Origin: Eledone cirrhosa
Lineage: Eukaryota
Reading direction: 5' to 3'
Length of the DNA stretch: 64,000 nucleotides
Assembly (NCBI GenBank): GCA_964016885.1
Contig: OZ024742.1
Span: 372,620,001-372,684,000 of the forward strand
The translations under genes and the position numbers were made by a program. How positions within the stretch are numbered: the first letter of the stretch is position 1; every line of letters begins with the position of its first letter. Positions 1 through 14,500 of this stretch are shown here, in pieces. The notes beneath the pieces were generated by a model. That model saw only the letters and a program-made list of their open reading frames with translations, did no database searches and was not told where the DNA came from.

Positions 1-259
1 CATTCTATATAAACTGTAAATCTCATTCTATAAACTGTAAATCTCTTTCTGTATAAACTGTAAATCTCATTCTATATAAACTGTAAATCTCTTTCTATAT
101 AAACTGTAAACTTCATTCTATAAACTGTAAATCTCTTTCTATATAAACTGTAAATCTCATTCTATATAAACTGTAAATCTCTTTCTATATAAACTGTAAA
201 TCTCATTCTATATAAACTGTGAATCTCATTCTATAAGCTGTAAATCTCATTCTATAAGC

Positions 260-3200
260 TGTAAATCTCTTTCTATATAAACTGTAAATCTCAATCTATA
301 TACACTGTAAATCTCTTTCTATATAAACTGTAAATCTCATTCTATATAAACTGTAAATCTCATTCTATAAACTGTAAATCTCTTTCCATATAAACTGTAA
401 ATCTCATTCTATATAAGCTGTAAATCTCATTCTATAAACTGTACATCTCTTTCTATATAAACTGTAAATCCCATTCTATATAAACTGTATATATCATTCT
501 ATAAACTGTAAATCTCATTCTATAAACTGTAAATCTCTTTCTATATAAACTGTTAATCTCATTCTTTATAAACTGTAAATCTAATTCTATATTAACTGTA
601 AATCTGATTCTATAAACTGTAAATCTCATTCTATATAAACTGTAAATCTCATTCTATAAACTGTAAATCTCTTTCTGTATAAACTGTAAATCTCATTCTA
701 TATAAACTGTAAATCTCTTTCTATATAAACTGTAAATTTCATTCTATAAACTGTAAATCTCTTTCTATATAAACTGTAAATCTCATTCTATATAAACTGT
801 AAATCTCTTTCCATATAAATTGTAAATCTCATTCTATATAAGCTGTAAATCTCATTCTATAAACTGTACATCTCTTTCTATATAAACTGTAAATCCCATT
901 CTATATAAACTGTATATATCATTCTATAAACTGTAAATCTCATTCTATAAACTGTAAATCTCTTTCTATATGAACTGTAAATCTCATCCTATACAAACTG
1001 TAAATCTCATTCTATATTAACTGTAAATCTGATTCTATAAACTGTAAATCTCTTTCTATATAAACTCTTAATCTCATTCTATATAAACTGTAAATCTCAT
1101 TCTATATAAACTGTATATATCATTCTATAAACTGTAAATCTCTTTCTATATAAACTGTAAATCTCATTCTATATAAACTGTAAATCTTATTCTATATAAA
1201 CTGTAAATCTCATTCTATAAACTGTAAATCTCTTTCTCTATAAACTGTAAATCTCATTCTATATAAACTGTAAATCTCTTTCTATATAAACTGTAAATTT
1301 CATTCTATAAACTGTAAATCTCTTTCTATATAAACTGTAAATTTCATTCTATATAAACTGTATATATCATTCTATAAACTGTAAATAACATTCTATAAAC
1401 TGTAAATCTCTTTCTATATAAACTGTAAATCTCATTCTATATAAACTGTAAATCTCTTTCTATATGAACTGTAAATCTCATTCTATATAAATTGTAAATC
1501 TCATTCTATAAACTGTGAATCTCATTCTATATAAACTGTAAATCTCATTCTATAAACTGTAAATCTCATTCTATGAACTGTAAATCTCTTTCTATATAAA
1601 CTGTAAATCTCATTCTATATAAACTGTAAATCTCATTCTATAAACTGTAAATCTCTTTCTGTATAAACTGTAAATCTCATTCTATATAAACTGTAAATCT
1701 CTTTCTATATAAACTGTAAATTTCATTCTATAAACTGTAAATCTCTTTCTATATAAACTGTAAATCTCATTCTATATAAACTCTAAATCTCTTTCTATAT
1801 AAACTGTAAATCTCATTCTATATAAACTGTGAATCTCATTCTATAAGCTGTAAATCTCTTTCTATATAAACTGTAAATCTCATTCTATATACACTGTAAA
1901 TCTCTTTCTATATAAACTGTAAATCTCATTCTATATAAACTGTAAATCTCATTCTATAAACTGTAAATCTCTTTCCATATAAACTGTAAATCTCATTCTA
2001 TATAAGCTGTAAATCTCATTCTATAAACTGTACATCTCTTTCTATATAAACTGTAAATCCCATTCTATATAAACTGTATATATCATTCTATAAACTGTAA
2101 ATCTCATTCTATAAACTGTAAATCTCTTTCTATATAAACTGTTAATCTCATTCTTTATAAACTGTAAATCTAATTCTATATTAACTGTAAATCTGATTCT
2201 ATAAACTGTAAATCTCATTCTATATAAACTGTAAATCTCATTCTATAAACTGTAAATCTCTTTCTGTATAAACTGTAAATCTCATTCTATATAAACTGTA
2301 AATCTCTTTCTATATAAACTGTAAATTTCATTCTATAAACTGTAAATCTCTTTCTATATAAACTGTAAATCTCATTCTATATAAACTGTAAATCTCTTTC
2401 CATATAAATTGTAAATCTCATTCTATATAAGCTGTAAATCTCATTCTATAAACTGTACATCTCTTTCTATATAAACTGTAAATCCCATTCTATATAAACT
2501 GTATATATCATTCTATAAACTGTAAATCTCATTCTATAAACTGTAAATCTCTTTCTATATGAACTGTAAATCTCATCCTATACAAACTGTAAATCTCATT
2601 CTATATTAACTGTAAATCTGATTCTATAAACTGTAAATCTCTTTCTATATAAACTCTTAATCTCATTCTATATAAACTGTAAATCTCATTCTATATAAAC
2701 TGTATATATCATTCTATAAACTGTAAATCTCTTTCTATATAAACTGTAAATCTCATTCTATATAAACTGTAAATCTTATTCTATATAAACTGTAAATCTC
2801 ATTCTATAAACTGTAAATCTCTTTCTCTATAAACTGTAAATCTCATTCTATATAAACTGTAAATCTCTTTCTATATAAACTGTAAATTTCATTCTATAAA
2901 CTGTAAATCTCTTTCTATATAAACTGTAAATTTCATTCTATATAAACTGTATATATCATTCTATAAACTGTAAATAACATTCTATAAACTGTAAATCTCT
3001 TTCTATATAAACTGTAAATCTCATTCTATATAAACTGTAAATCTCTTTCTATATGAACTGTAAATCTCATTCTATATAAATTGTAAATCTCATTCTATAA
3101 ACTGTGAATCTCATTCTATATAAACTGTAAATCTCATTCTATAAACTGTAAATCTCATTCTATGAACTGTAAATCTCTTTCTATATAAACTGTAAATCTC

Positions 3201-3729
3201 ATTCTATATAAACTGTAAATCTCATTCTATAAACTGTAAATCTCTTTCTGTATAAACTGTAAATCTCATTCTATATAAACTGTAAATCTCTTTCTATATA
3301 AACTGTAAATTTCATTCTATAAACTGTAAATCTCTTTCTATATAAACTGTAAATCTCATTCTATATAAACTCTAAATCTCTTTCTATATAAACTGTAAAT
3401 CTCATTCTATATAAACTGTGAATCTCATTCTATAAGCTGTAAATCTCTTTCTATATAAACTGTAAATCTCATTCTATATACACTGTAAATCTCTTTCTAT
3501 ATAAACTGTAAATCTCATTCTATATAAACTGTAAATCTCATTCTATAAACTGTAAATCTCTTTCCATATAAACTGTAAATCTCATTCTATATAAGCTGTA
3601 ATTCTCATTCTATAAACTGTACATCTCTTTCTATATAAACTGTAAATCCCATTCTATATAAACTGTATATATCATTCTATAAACTGTAAATCTCATTCTA
3701 TAAACTGTAAATCTCTTTCTATATAAACT
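260..3729. repeat. Higher-order tandem duplication, period 1,589 bp (~2.2 copies)
   Basis: Rare variants recur at +1589: TGTTAATCTC 551/2140, TCTTTCTCTA 1231/2820, GTAAATAACA 1381/2970, CTCTAAATCT 1781/3370. Confidence 0.9.
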
Positions 3730-6700
3730 GTAAATCTCTTTCTATATAAACTGTAAATCTTGTTCTATATAAACTGTAAATCTCATTCTATATAAACTGT
3801 AAATCTCTTTCTATATAAACTGTAAATCTCATTCTATATAAACTGTATATATCATTCTATAAACTGTAAATCTCATTCTATAAACTGTAAATCTCTTTCT
3901 ATATAAACTGTAAATCTCATTCTATATAAACTGTAAATATCTTTCTATATGAGCTGTAAATCTCATTCTATATAAACTGTGAATCTCATTCTATATAAAC
4001 TGTAAATCTCATTCTATATTATCTGTAAATCTTATTCTATAAACTGTAAATCTCTTTCTATATAAGCTGTAAATCTCATTCTATATAAACTGTAAGTCTC
4101 ATTCTATAAACTGTAAATCTCATTCTATATAAACTGTAAATCTCATTCTATAAACTGTAAATCTCATTCTATATAATCTGTAAATCTCATTCTATAAACT
4201 GTAAATCTCATTCTATATAAACTGTAAATCTCTTTCTATATAAACTGTAAATCCCATTCTATATAAACTGTAAATCTCATTCTATAAACTGTAAATCTCT
4301 TTCTATATAAACTGTAAATCTCATTCTATATAAACGGTAAATCTCATTCTATATAAACTGTATATATCATTCTATAAACTGTAACTCTCAGTCTATAAAC
4401 TGTAAATCTCGTTCTATATAAACTGTAAATCTCTTTCTATATGAACTATAAATCTCTTTCTATATAAACTCTGAATCTCATTCTATATAAGCTGTAAATC
4501 TCATTCTATGAACTGTAAATCTCTTTCTATATAAGCTGTAAATCTCATTCTATAAACTGTAAATCTCTTTCTATATAAACTGTAAATCTCATTCTATATA
4601 AACGGTAAATCTCTTTCTATATAAACTGTAAATTTCATTTTATAAACTGTAAATCTCTTTCTATATAAACTGTAAATCTCATTCTATATAAACTGTAAAT
4701 CTCTTTCTATATAAACTGTAAATCCCATTCTATATAAACTGTGAATCTCATTCTATAAACTGTAAATCTCTTTCTATATAAACTGTAAATATCATTCTAT
4801 ATACACTGTAAATCTCTTTCTATATAAACTATAAATCTCATTCTATATAAACTGTAAATCTCATTCTATAAACTGTAAATCTCTTTCTATATAAACTGTA
4901 AATCTCGTTCTATATAAGCTGTAAATCTCATTCTATAAACTGTAAATCTCTTTCTATATAAACTGTAAATCCCATTCTATATAAACTGTATATATCATTC
5001 TATAAACTGTAAATCACATTCTATAAACTGTAAATCTCTTTCTATATAAACTGTAAATCTCATTCTATATAAACTGTAAATCTCTTTCTATATGAACTGT
5101 AAATCTCATTCTATGTAAATTGTAAATCTCATTCTATAAACTGTAAATCTCATTCTATGAACTGTAAATCTCTTTCTATATAAACTGTATATATCATTCT
5201 ATAAACTGTAAATCTCATTCTATAAATTGTAAATCTCTTTCTATATAAGCTGTAAATCTCATTCTATGAACTGTAAATCTCTTTCTATATAAGCTGTAAA
5301 TCTCATTCTATAAACTGTAAATCTCTTTCTATATAAACTGTAAATCCCATTCTATATAAACTGTATATATCATTCTATAAACTGTAAATCTCATTCTATA
5401 AACTGTAAATCTCTTTCTATATAAACTGTAAATCTCATTCTTTATAAACTGTAAATCTAATTCTATATTAACTGTAAATCTGATTCTATAAACTGTAAAT
5501 CTCTTTCTATATAAACTGTAAATCTCACTCTATATAAACTGTAAATCTCTTTCTATATAAACTGTAAATCTCGTTCTATATAAGCTGTAAATCTCATTCT
5601 ATATTGTAAATCTCTTTCTATATAAACTGTAAATCCCATTCTATATAAACTGTATATATCATTCTATAAACTGTAAATCACATTCTATAAACTGTAAATC
5701 TCTTTCTATATAAACTGTAAATCTCATTCTATATAAACTGTAAATCTCTTTCTTTATGAACTGTAAATCTCATTCTATATAAATTGTAAATCTCATTCTA
5801 TAAACTGTGAATCTCATTCTATGAACTGTAAATCTCTTTCTATATAAACTGTAAATCTCATTCTATATAAACTGAAAATCTCATTCTATAAACTGTAAAT
5901 CTCTTTCTGTATAAACTGTAAATCTCATTCTATATAAACTGTAAATCTCTTTCTATATAAACTGTAAATTTCATTCTATAAACTGTAAATCTCTTTCTAT
6001 ATAAACTGTAAATCTCATTCTATATAAACTGTAAATCTCTTTCCATATAAACTGTAAATCTCATTCTATATCAGCTGTAAATCTCATTCTATAAACTTTA
6101 CATCTCTTTCTATATAAACTGTAAATCCCATTCTATATAAACTGTATATATCATTCTATAAACTGTACATCTCATTCTATAAACTGTAAATCTCTTTCTA
6201 TATGAACTGTAAATCTCATCCTATATAAACTGTAAATCTCATTCTATATTAACTGTAAATCTGATTCTATAAACTGTAAATCACTTTCTATATAAACTCT
6301 TAATCTCATTCTATATAAACTGTAAATCTCATTCTATATAAACTGTATATATCATTCTATAAACTGTAAATCTCATTCTATAAACTGTAAATCTCTTTCT
6401 ATATAAACTGTAAAACTCATTCTATATAAACTGTAACTCTCATTCTATATTAACTGTAAATCTGATTCTATAAACTGTAAATCTCTTTCTATATAAACTC
6501 TTAATCTCATTCTATATGAACTGTAAATCTCTTTCTATATAAACTGTGAATCTCATTCTATATATATGCTGTAAATCCCATTCTATGAACTGTAAATCTC
6601 TTTCTATATAAGCTGTAAATCTCTTTCTATATAAACTGTAAATTTCATTTTATAAACTGTAAATCTCTTTCTATATAAACTGTAAATCCCATTCTATATA

Positions 6701-9700
6701 AACTGTATATATCATTCTATAAACTGTAAATCTCATTCTATAAACTGTAAATCTCTTTCTATATAAACTGTAAATCTCATTCTTTATAAACTGTAAATCT
6801 AATTCTATATTAACTGTAAATCTGATTCTATAAACTGTAAATCTCTTTCTATATAAACTGTAAATCTCACTCTATATAAACTGTAAATCTCTTTCTATAT
6901 AAACTGTAAATCTCGTTCTATATAAGCTGTAAATCTCATTCTATATTGTAAATCTCTTTCTATATAAACTGTAAATCCCATTCTATATAAACTGTATATA
7001 TCATTCTATAAACTGTAAATCACATTCTATAAACTGTAAATCTCTTTCTATATAAACTGTAAATCTCTTTCTTTATGAACTGTAAATCTCATTCTATATA
7101 AATTGTAAATCTCATTCTATAAACTGTGAATCTCATTCTATATAAACTGTAAATCTCATTCTATAAACTGTAAATCTCTTTCTGTATAAACTGTAAATCT
7201 CATTCTATATAAACTGTAAATCTCTTTCTATATAAACTGTAAATTTCATTCTATAAACTCTAAATCTCTTTCTATATAAACTGTAAATCTCATTCTATAT
7301 AAACTGTGAATCTCATTCTATAAGCTGTAAATCTCTTTCTATATAAACTGTAAATCTCATTCTATATACACTGTAAATCTCTTTCTATATAAACTGTAAA
7401 TCTCATTCTATATAAACTGTAAATCTCATTCTATAAACTGTAAATCTCTTTCCATATAAACTGTAAATCTCATTCTATATAAGCTGTAATTCTCATTCTA
7501 TAAACTGTACATCTCTTTCTATATAAACTGTAAATCCCATTCTATATAAACTGTATATATCATTCTATAAACTGTAAATCTCATTCTATAAACTGTAAAT
7601 CTCTTTCTATATAAACTGTAAATCTCTTTCTATATAAACTGTAAATCTCTTTCTATATAAACTGTAAATCTCATTCTATATAAACTGTAAATCTCTTTCT
7701 ATATAAACTGTAAATCTCATTCTATATAAACTGTATATATCATTCTATAAACTGTAAATCTCATTCTATAAACTGTAAATCTCTTTCTATATAAACTGTA
7801 AATCTCATTCTATATAAACTGTAAATATCTTTCTATATGAGCTGTAAATCTCATTCTATATAAACTGTGAATCTCATTCTATATAAACTGTAAATCTCAT
7901 TCTATATTATCTGTAAATCTCATTCTATAAACTGTAAATCTCTTTCTATATAAGCTGTAAATCTCATTCTATATAAACTGTAAGTCTCATTCTATAAACT
8001 GTAAATCTCATTCTATATAAACTGTAAATCTCATTCTATAAACTGTAAATCTCATTCTATATAATCTGTAAATCTCATTCTATAAACTGTAAATCTCATT
8101 CTATATAAACTGTAAATCTCTTTCTATATAAACTGTAAATCTCATTCTATATAAACTGTAAATCTCATTCTATAAACTGTAAATCTCCTTCTATATAAAC
8201 TGTAAATCTCATTCTATATAAGCTGTAAATCTCATTCTATAAACTGTAAATCTCTTTCTATATAAACTGTAAATCTCATTCTATATAAACTGTATATATC
8301 ATTCTATAAACTGTAACTCTCAGTCTATAAACTGTAAATCTCGTTCTATATAAACTGTAAATCTCTTTCTATATGAACTATAAATCTCTTTCTATATAAA
8401 CTCTGAATCTCATTCTATATAAGCTGTAAATCTCATTCTATGAACTGTAAATCTCTTTCTATATAAGCTGTAAATCTCATTCTATAAACTGTAAATCTCT
8501 TTCTATATAAACTGTAAATCTCATTCTATATAAACGGTAAATCTCTTTCTATATAAACTGTAAATTTCATTTTATAAACTGTAAATCTCTTTCTATATAA
8601 ACTGTAAATCTCATTCTATATAAACTGTAAATCTCTTTCTATATAAACTGTAAATCTCATTCTATATAAACTGTGAATCTCATTCTATAAACTGTAAATC
8701 TCTTTCTATATAAACTGTAAATATCATTCTATATACACTGTAAATCTCTTTCTATATAAACTATAAATCTCATTCTATATAAACTGTAAATCTCATTCTA
8801 TAATCTGTAAATCTCTTTCTATATAAACTGTAAATCTCGTTCTATATAAGCTGTAAATCTCATTCTATAAACTGTAAATCTCTTTCTATATAAACTGTAA
8901 ATCCCATTCTATATAAACTGTATATATCATTCTATAAACTGTAAATCACATTCTATAAACTGTAAATCTCTTTCTATATAAACTGTAAATCTCATTCTAT
9001 ATAAACTGTAAATCTCTTTCTATATGAACTGTAAATCTCATTCTATGTAAATTGTAAATCTCATTCTATAAACTGTAAATCTCATTCTATGAACTGTAAA
9101 TCTCTTTCTATATAAACTGTATATATCATTCTATAAACTGTAAATCTCATTCTATAAACTGTAAATCTCTTTCTATATAAGCTGTAAATCTCATTCTATG
9201 AACTGTAAATCTCTTTCTATATAAGCTGTAAATCTCATTCTATAAACTGTAAATCTCTTTCTATATAAACTGTAAATCCCATTCTATATAAACTGTATAT
9301 ATCATTCTATAAACTGTAAATCTCATTCTATAAACTGTAAATCTCTTTCTATATAAACTGTAAATCTCATTCTTTATAAACTGTAAATCTAATTCTATAT
9401 TAACTGTAAATCTGATTCTATAAACTGTAAATCTCTTTCTATATAAACTGTAAATCTCACTCTATATAAACTGTAAATCTCTTTCTATATAAACTGTAAA
9501 TCTCGTTCTATATAAGCTGTAAATCTCATTCTATATTGTAAATCTCTTTCTATATAAACTGTAAATCCCATTCTATATAAACTGTATATATCATTCTATA
9601 AACTGTAAATCACATTCTATAAACTGTAAATCTCTTTCTATATAAACTGTAAATCTCATTCTATATAAACTGTAAATCTCTTTCTTTATGAACTGTAAAT

Positions 9701-12700
9701 CTCATTCTATATAAATTGTAAATCTCATTCTATAAACTGTGAATCTCATTCTATGAACTGTAAATCTCTTTCTATATAAACTGTAAATCTCATTCTATAT
9801 AAACTGTAAATCTCATTCTATAAACTGTAAATCTCTTTCTGTATAAACTGTAAATCTCATTCTATATAAACTGTAAATCTCTTTCTATATAAACTGTAAA
9901 TTTCATTCTATAAACTGTAAATCTCTTTCTATATAAACTGTAAATCTCATTCTATATAAACTGTAAATCTCTTTCCATATAAACTGTAAATCTCATTCTA
10001 TATCAGCTGTAAATCTCATTCTATAAACTTTACATCTCTTTCTATATAAACTGTAAATCCCATTCTATATAAACTGTATATATCATTCTATAAACTGTAC
10101 ATCTCATTCTATAAACTGTAAATCTCTTTCTATATGAACTGTAAATCTCATCCTATATAAACTGTAAATCTCATTCTATATTAACTGTAAATCTGATTCT
10201 ATAAACTGTAAATCTCTTTCTATATAAACTCTTAATCTCATTCTATATAAACTGTAAATCTCATTCTATATAAACTGTATATATCATTCTATAAACTGTA
10301 AATCTCATTCTATAAACTGTAAATCTCTTTCTATATAAACTGTAAATCTCATTCTATATAAACTGTAACTCTCATTCTATATTAACTGTAAATCTGATTC
10401 TATAAACTGTAAATCTCTTTCTATATAAACTCTTAATCTCATTCTATATGAACTGTAAATCTCTTTCTATATAAACTGTGAATCTCATTCTATATATATG
10501 CTGTAAATCCCATTCTATGAACTGTAAATCTCTTTCTATATAAGCTGTAAATCTCATTCTATAAACTGTAAATCTCTTTCTATATAAACTGTAAATCTCA
10601 TTCTATATAAACTGTAAATCTCTTTCTATATAAACTGTAAATTTCATTTTATAAACTGTAAATCTCTTTCTATATAAACTGTAAATCCCATTCTATATAA
10701 ACTGTATATATCATTCTATAAACTGTAAATCTCATTCTATAAACTGTAAATCTCTTTCTATATAAACTGTAAATCTCATTCTTTATAAACTGTAAATCTA
10801 ATTCTATATTAACTGTAAATCTGATTCTATAAACTGTAAATCTCTTTCTATATAAACTGTAAATCTCACTCTATATAAACTGTAAATCTCTTTCTATATA
10901 AACTGTAAATCTCGTTCTATATAAGCTGTAAATCTCATTCTATATTGTAAATCTCTTTCTATATAAACTGTAAATCCCATTCTATATAAACTGTATATAT
11001 CATTCTATAAACTGTAAATCACATTCTATAAACTGTAAATCTCTTTCTATATAAACTGTAAATCTCTTTCTTTATGAACTGTAAATCTCATTCTATATAA
11101 ATTGTAAATCTCATTCTATAAACTGTGAATCTCATTCTATATAAACTGTAAATCTCATTCTATAAACTGTAAATCTCTTTCTGTATAAACTGTAAATCTC
11201 ATTCTATATAAACTGTAAATCTCTTTCTATATAAACTGTAAATTTCATTCTATAAACTCTAAATCTCTTTCTATATAAACTGTAAATCTCATTCTATATA
11301 AACTGTGAATCTCATTCTATAAGCTGTAAATCTCTTTCTATATAAACTGTAAATCTCATTCTATATACACTGTAAATCTCTTTCTATATAAACTGTAAAT
11401 CTCATTCTATATAAACTGTAAATCTCATTCTATAAACTGTAAATCTCTTTCCATATAAACTGTAAATCTCATTCTATATAAGCTGTAATTCTCATTCTAT
11501 AAACTGTACATCTCTTTCTATATAAACTGTAAATCCCATTCTATATAAACTGTATATATCATTCTATAAACTGTAAATCTCATTCTATAAACTGTAAATC
11601 TCTTTCTATATAAACTGTAAATCTCTTTCTATATAAACTGTAAATCTCTTTCTATATAAACTGTAAATCTCATTCTATATAAACTGTAAATCTCTTTCTA
11701 TATAAACTGTAAATCTCATTCTATATAAACTGTATATATCATTCTATAAACTGTAAATCTCATTCTATAAACTGTAAATCTCTTTCTATATAAACTGTAA
11801 ATCTCATTCTATATAAACTGTAAATATCTTTCTATATGAGCTGTAAATCTCATTCTATATAAACTGTGAATCTCATTCTATATAAACTGTAAATCTCATT
11901 CTATATTATCTGTAAATCTCATTCTATAAACTGTAAATCTCTTTCTATATAAGCTGTAAATCTCATTCTATATAAACTGTAAGTCTCATTCTATAAACTG
12001 TAAATCTCATTCTATATAAACTGTAAATCTCATTCTATAAACTGTAAATCTCATTATATATAATCTGTAAATCTCATTCTATAAACTGTAAATCTCATTC
12101 TATATAAACTGTAAATCTCTTTCTATATAAACTGTAAATCTCATTCTATATAAACTGTAAATCTCATTCTATAAACTGTAAATCTCTTTCTATATAAACT
12201 GTAAATCTCATTCTATATAAGCTGTAAATCTCATTCTATAAACTGTAAATCTCTTTCTATATAAACTGTAAATCTCATTCTATATAAACTGTATATATCA
12301 TTCTATAAACTGTAACTCTCAGTCTATAAACTGTAAATCTCGTTCTATATAAACTGTAAATCTCTTTCTATATGAACTATAAATCTCTTTCTATATAAAC
12401 TCTGAATCTCATTCTATATAAGCTGTAAATCTCATTCTATGAACTGTAAATCTCTTTCTATATAAGCTGTAAATCTCATTCTATAAACTGTAAATCTCTT
12501 TCTATATAAACTGTAAATCTCATTCTATATAAACGGTAAATCTCATTCTATAAACTGTAAATCTCTTTCTATATAAACTGTAAATATCATTCTATATACA
12601 CTGTAAATCTCTTTCTATATAGACTGTAAATCTCATTCTATATAAACTGTAAATCTCATTCTATAAACTGTAAATCTCTTTCTATATAAACTGTAAATCT

Positions 12701-14500
12701 CGTTCTATATAAGCTGTAAATCTCATTCTATAAACTGTAAATCTCTTTCTATATAAACTGTAAATCCCATTCTATATAAACTGTATATATCATTCTATAA
12801 ACTGTAAATCACATTCTATAAACTGTAAATCTCTTTCTATATAAACTGTAAATCTCATTCTATATAAACTGTAAATCTCTTTCTACATGAACTGTAAATC
12901 TCATTCTATGTAAATTGTAAATCTCATTCTATAAACTGTAAATCTCATTCTATGAACTGTAAATCTCTTTCTATATAAACTGTATATATCATTCTATAAA
13001 CTGTAAATCTCATTCTATAAACTGTAAATCTCTTTCTATATAAGCTGTAAATCTCATTCTATGAACTGTAAATCTCTTTCTATATAAGCTGTAAATCTCA
13101 TTCTATAAACTGTAAATCTCTTTCTATATAAACTGTAAATCTCATTCTATATAAACTGTAAATCTCTTTCTATATAAACTGTAAATTTCATTTTATAAAC
13201 TGTAAATCTATTTCTATATAAACTGTAAATCCCATTCTATATAAACTGTATATATCATTCTATAAACTGTAAATCTCATTCTATAAACTGTAAATCTCTT
13301 TCTATATAAACTGTAAATCTCATTCTTTATAAACTGTAAATCTAATTCTATATTAACTGTAAATCTGATTCTATAAACTGTAAATCTCTTTCTATATAAA
13401 CTGTAAATCTCACTCTATATAAACTGTAAATCTCTTTCTATATAAACTGTAAATCTCGTTCTATATAAGCTGTAAATCTCATTCTATATTGTAAATCTCT
13501 TTCTATATAAACTGTAAATCCCATTCTATATAAACTGTATATATCATTCTATAAACTGTAAATCACATTCTATAAACTGTAAATCTCTTTCTATATAAAC
13601 TGTAAATCTCATTCTATATAAACTGTAAATCTCTTTCTTTATGAACTGTAAATCTCATTCTATATAAATTGTAAATCTCATTCTATAAACTGTGAATCTC
13701 ATTCTATGAACTGTAAATCTCTTTCTATATAAACTGTAAATCTCATTCTATATAAACTGTAAATCTCATTCTATAAACTGTAAATCTCTTTCTGTATAAA
13801 CTGTAAATCTCATTCTATATAAACTGTAAATCTCTTTCTATATAAACTGTAAATTTCATTCTATAAACTGTAAATCTCTTTCTATATAAACTGTAAATCT
13901 CATTCTATATAAACTGTAAATCTCTTTCCATATAAACTGTAAATCTCATTCTATATCAGCTGTAAATCTCATTCTATAAACTTTACATCTCTTTCTATAT
14001 AAACTGTAAATCCCATTCTATATAAACTGTATATATCATTCTATAAACTGTACATCTCATTCTATAAACTGTAAATCTCTTTCTATATGAACTGTAAATC
14101 TCATCCTATATAAACTGTAAATCTCATTCTATATTAACTGTAAATCTGATTCTATAAACTGTAAATCTCTTTCTATATAAACTCTTAATCTCATTCTATA
14201 TAAACTGTAAATCTCATTCTATATAAACTGTATATATCATTCTATAAACTGTAAATCTCATTCTATAAACTGTAAATCTCTTTCTATATAAACTGTAAAT
14301 CTCATTCTATATAAACTGTAACTCTCATTCTATATTAACTGTAAATCTGATTCTATAAACTGTAAATCTCTTTCTATATAAACTCTTAATCTCATTCTAT
14401 ATGAACTGTAAATCTCTTTCTATATAAACTGTGAATCTCATTCTATATATATGCTGTAAATCCCATTCTATGAACTGTAAATCTCTTTCTATATAAACTG
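3370..14500. repeat. Higher-order repeat, period ~3.9-4.0 kb (~2.8 copies) with whole-monomer indels
   Basis: Markers: GAGCTG 3951/7839/11838; AACGGT (C position) 4603/8535/12534; TCAGCTG 6071/10003/13956; 19-bp monomer 5595/9527/13480. Offsets are 3888, 3932, 3999 and 3953. Confidence 0.88.
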
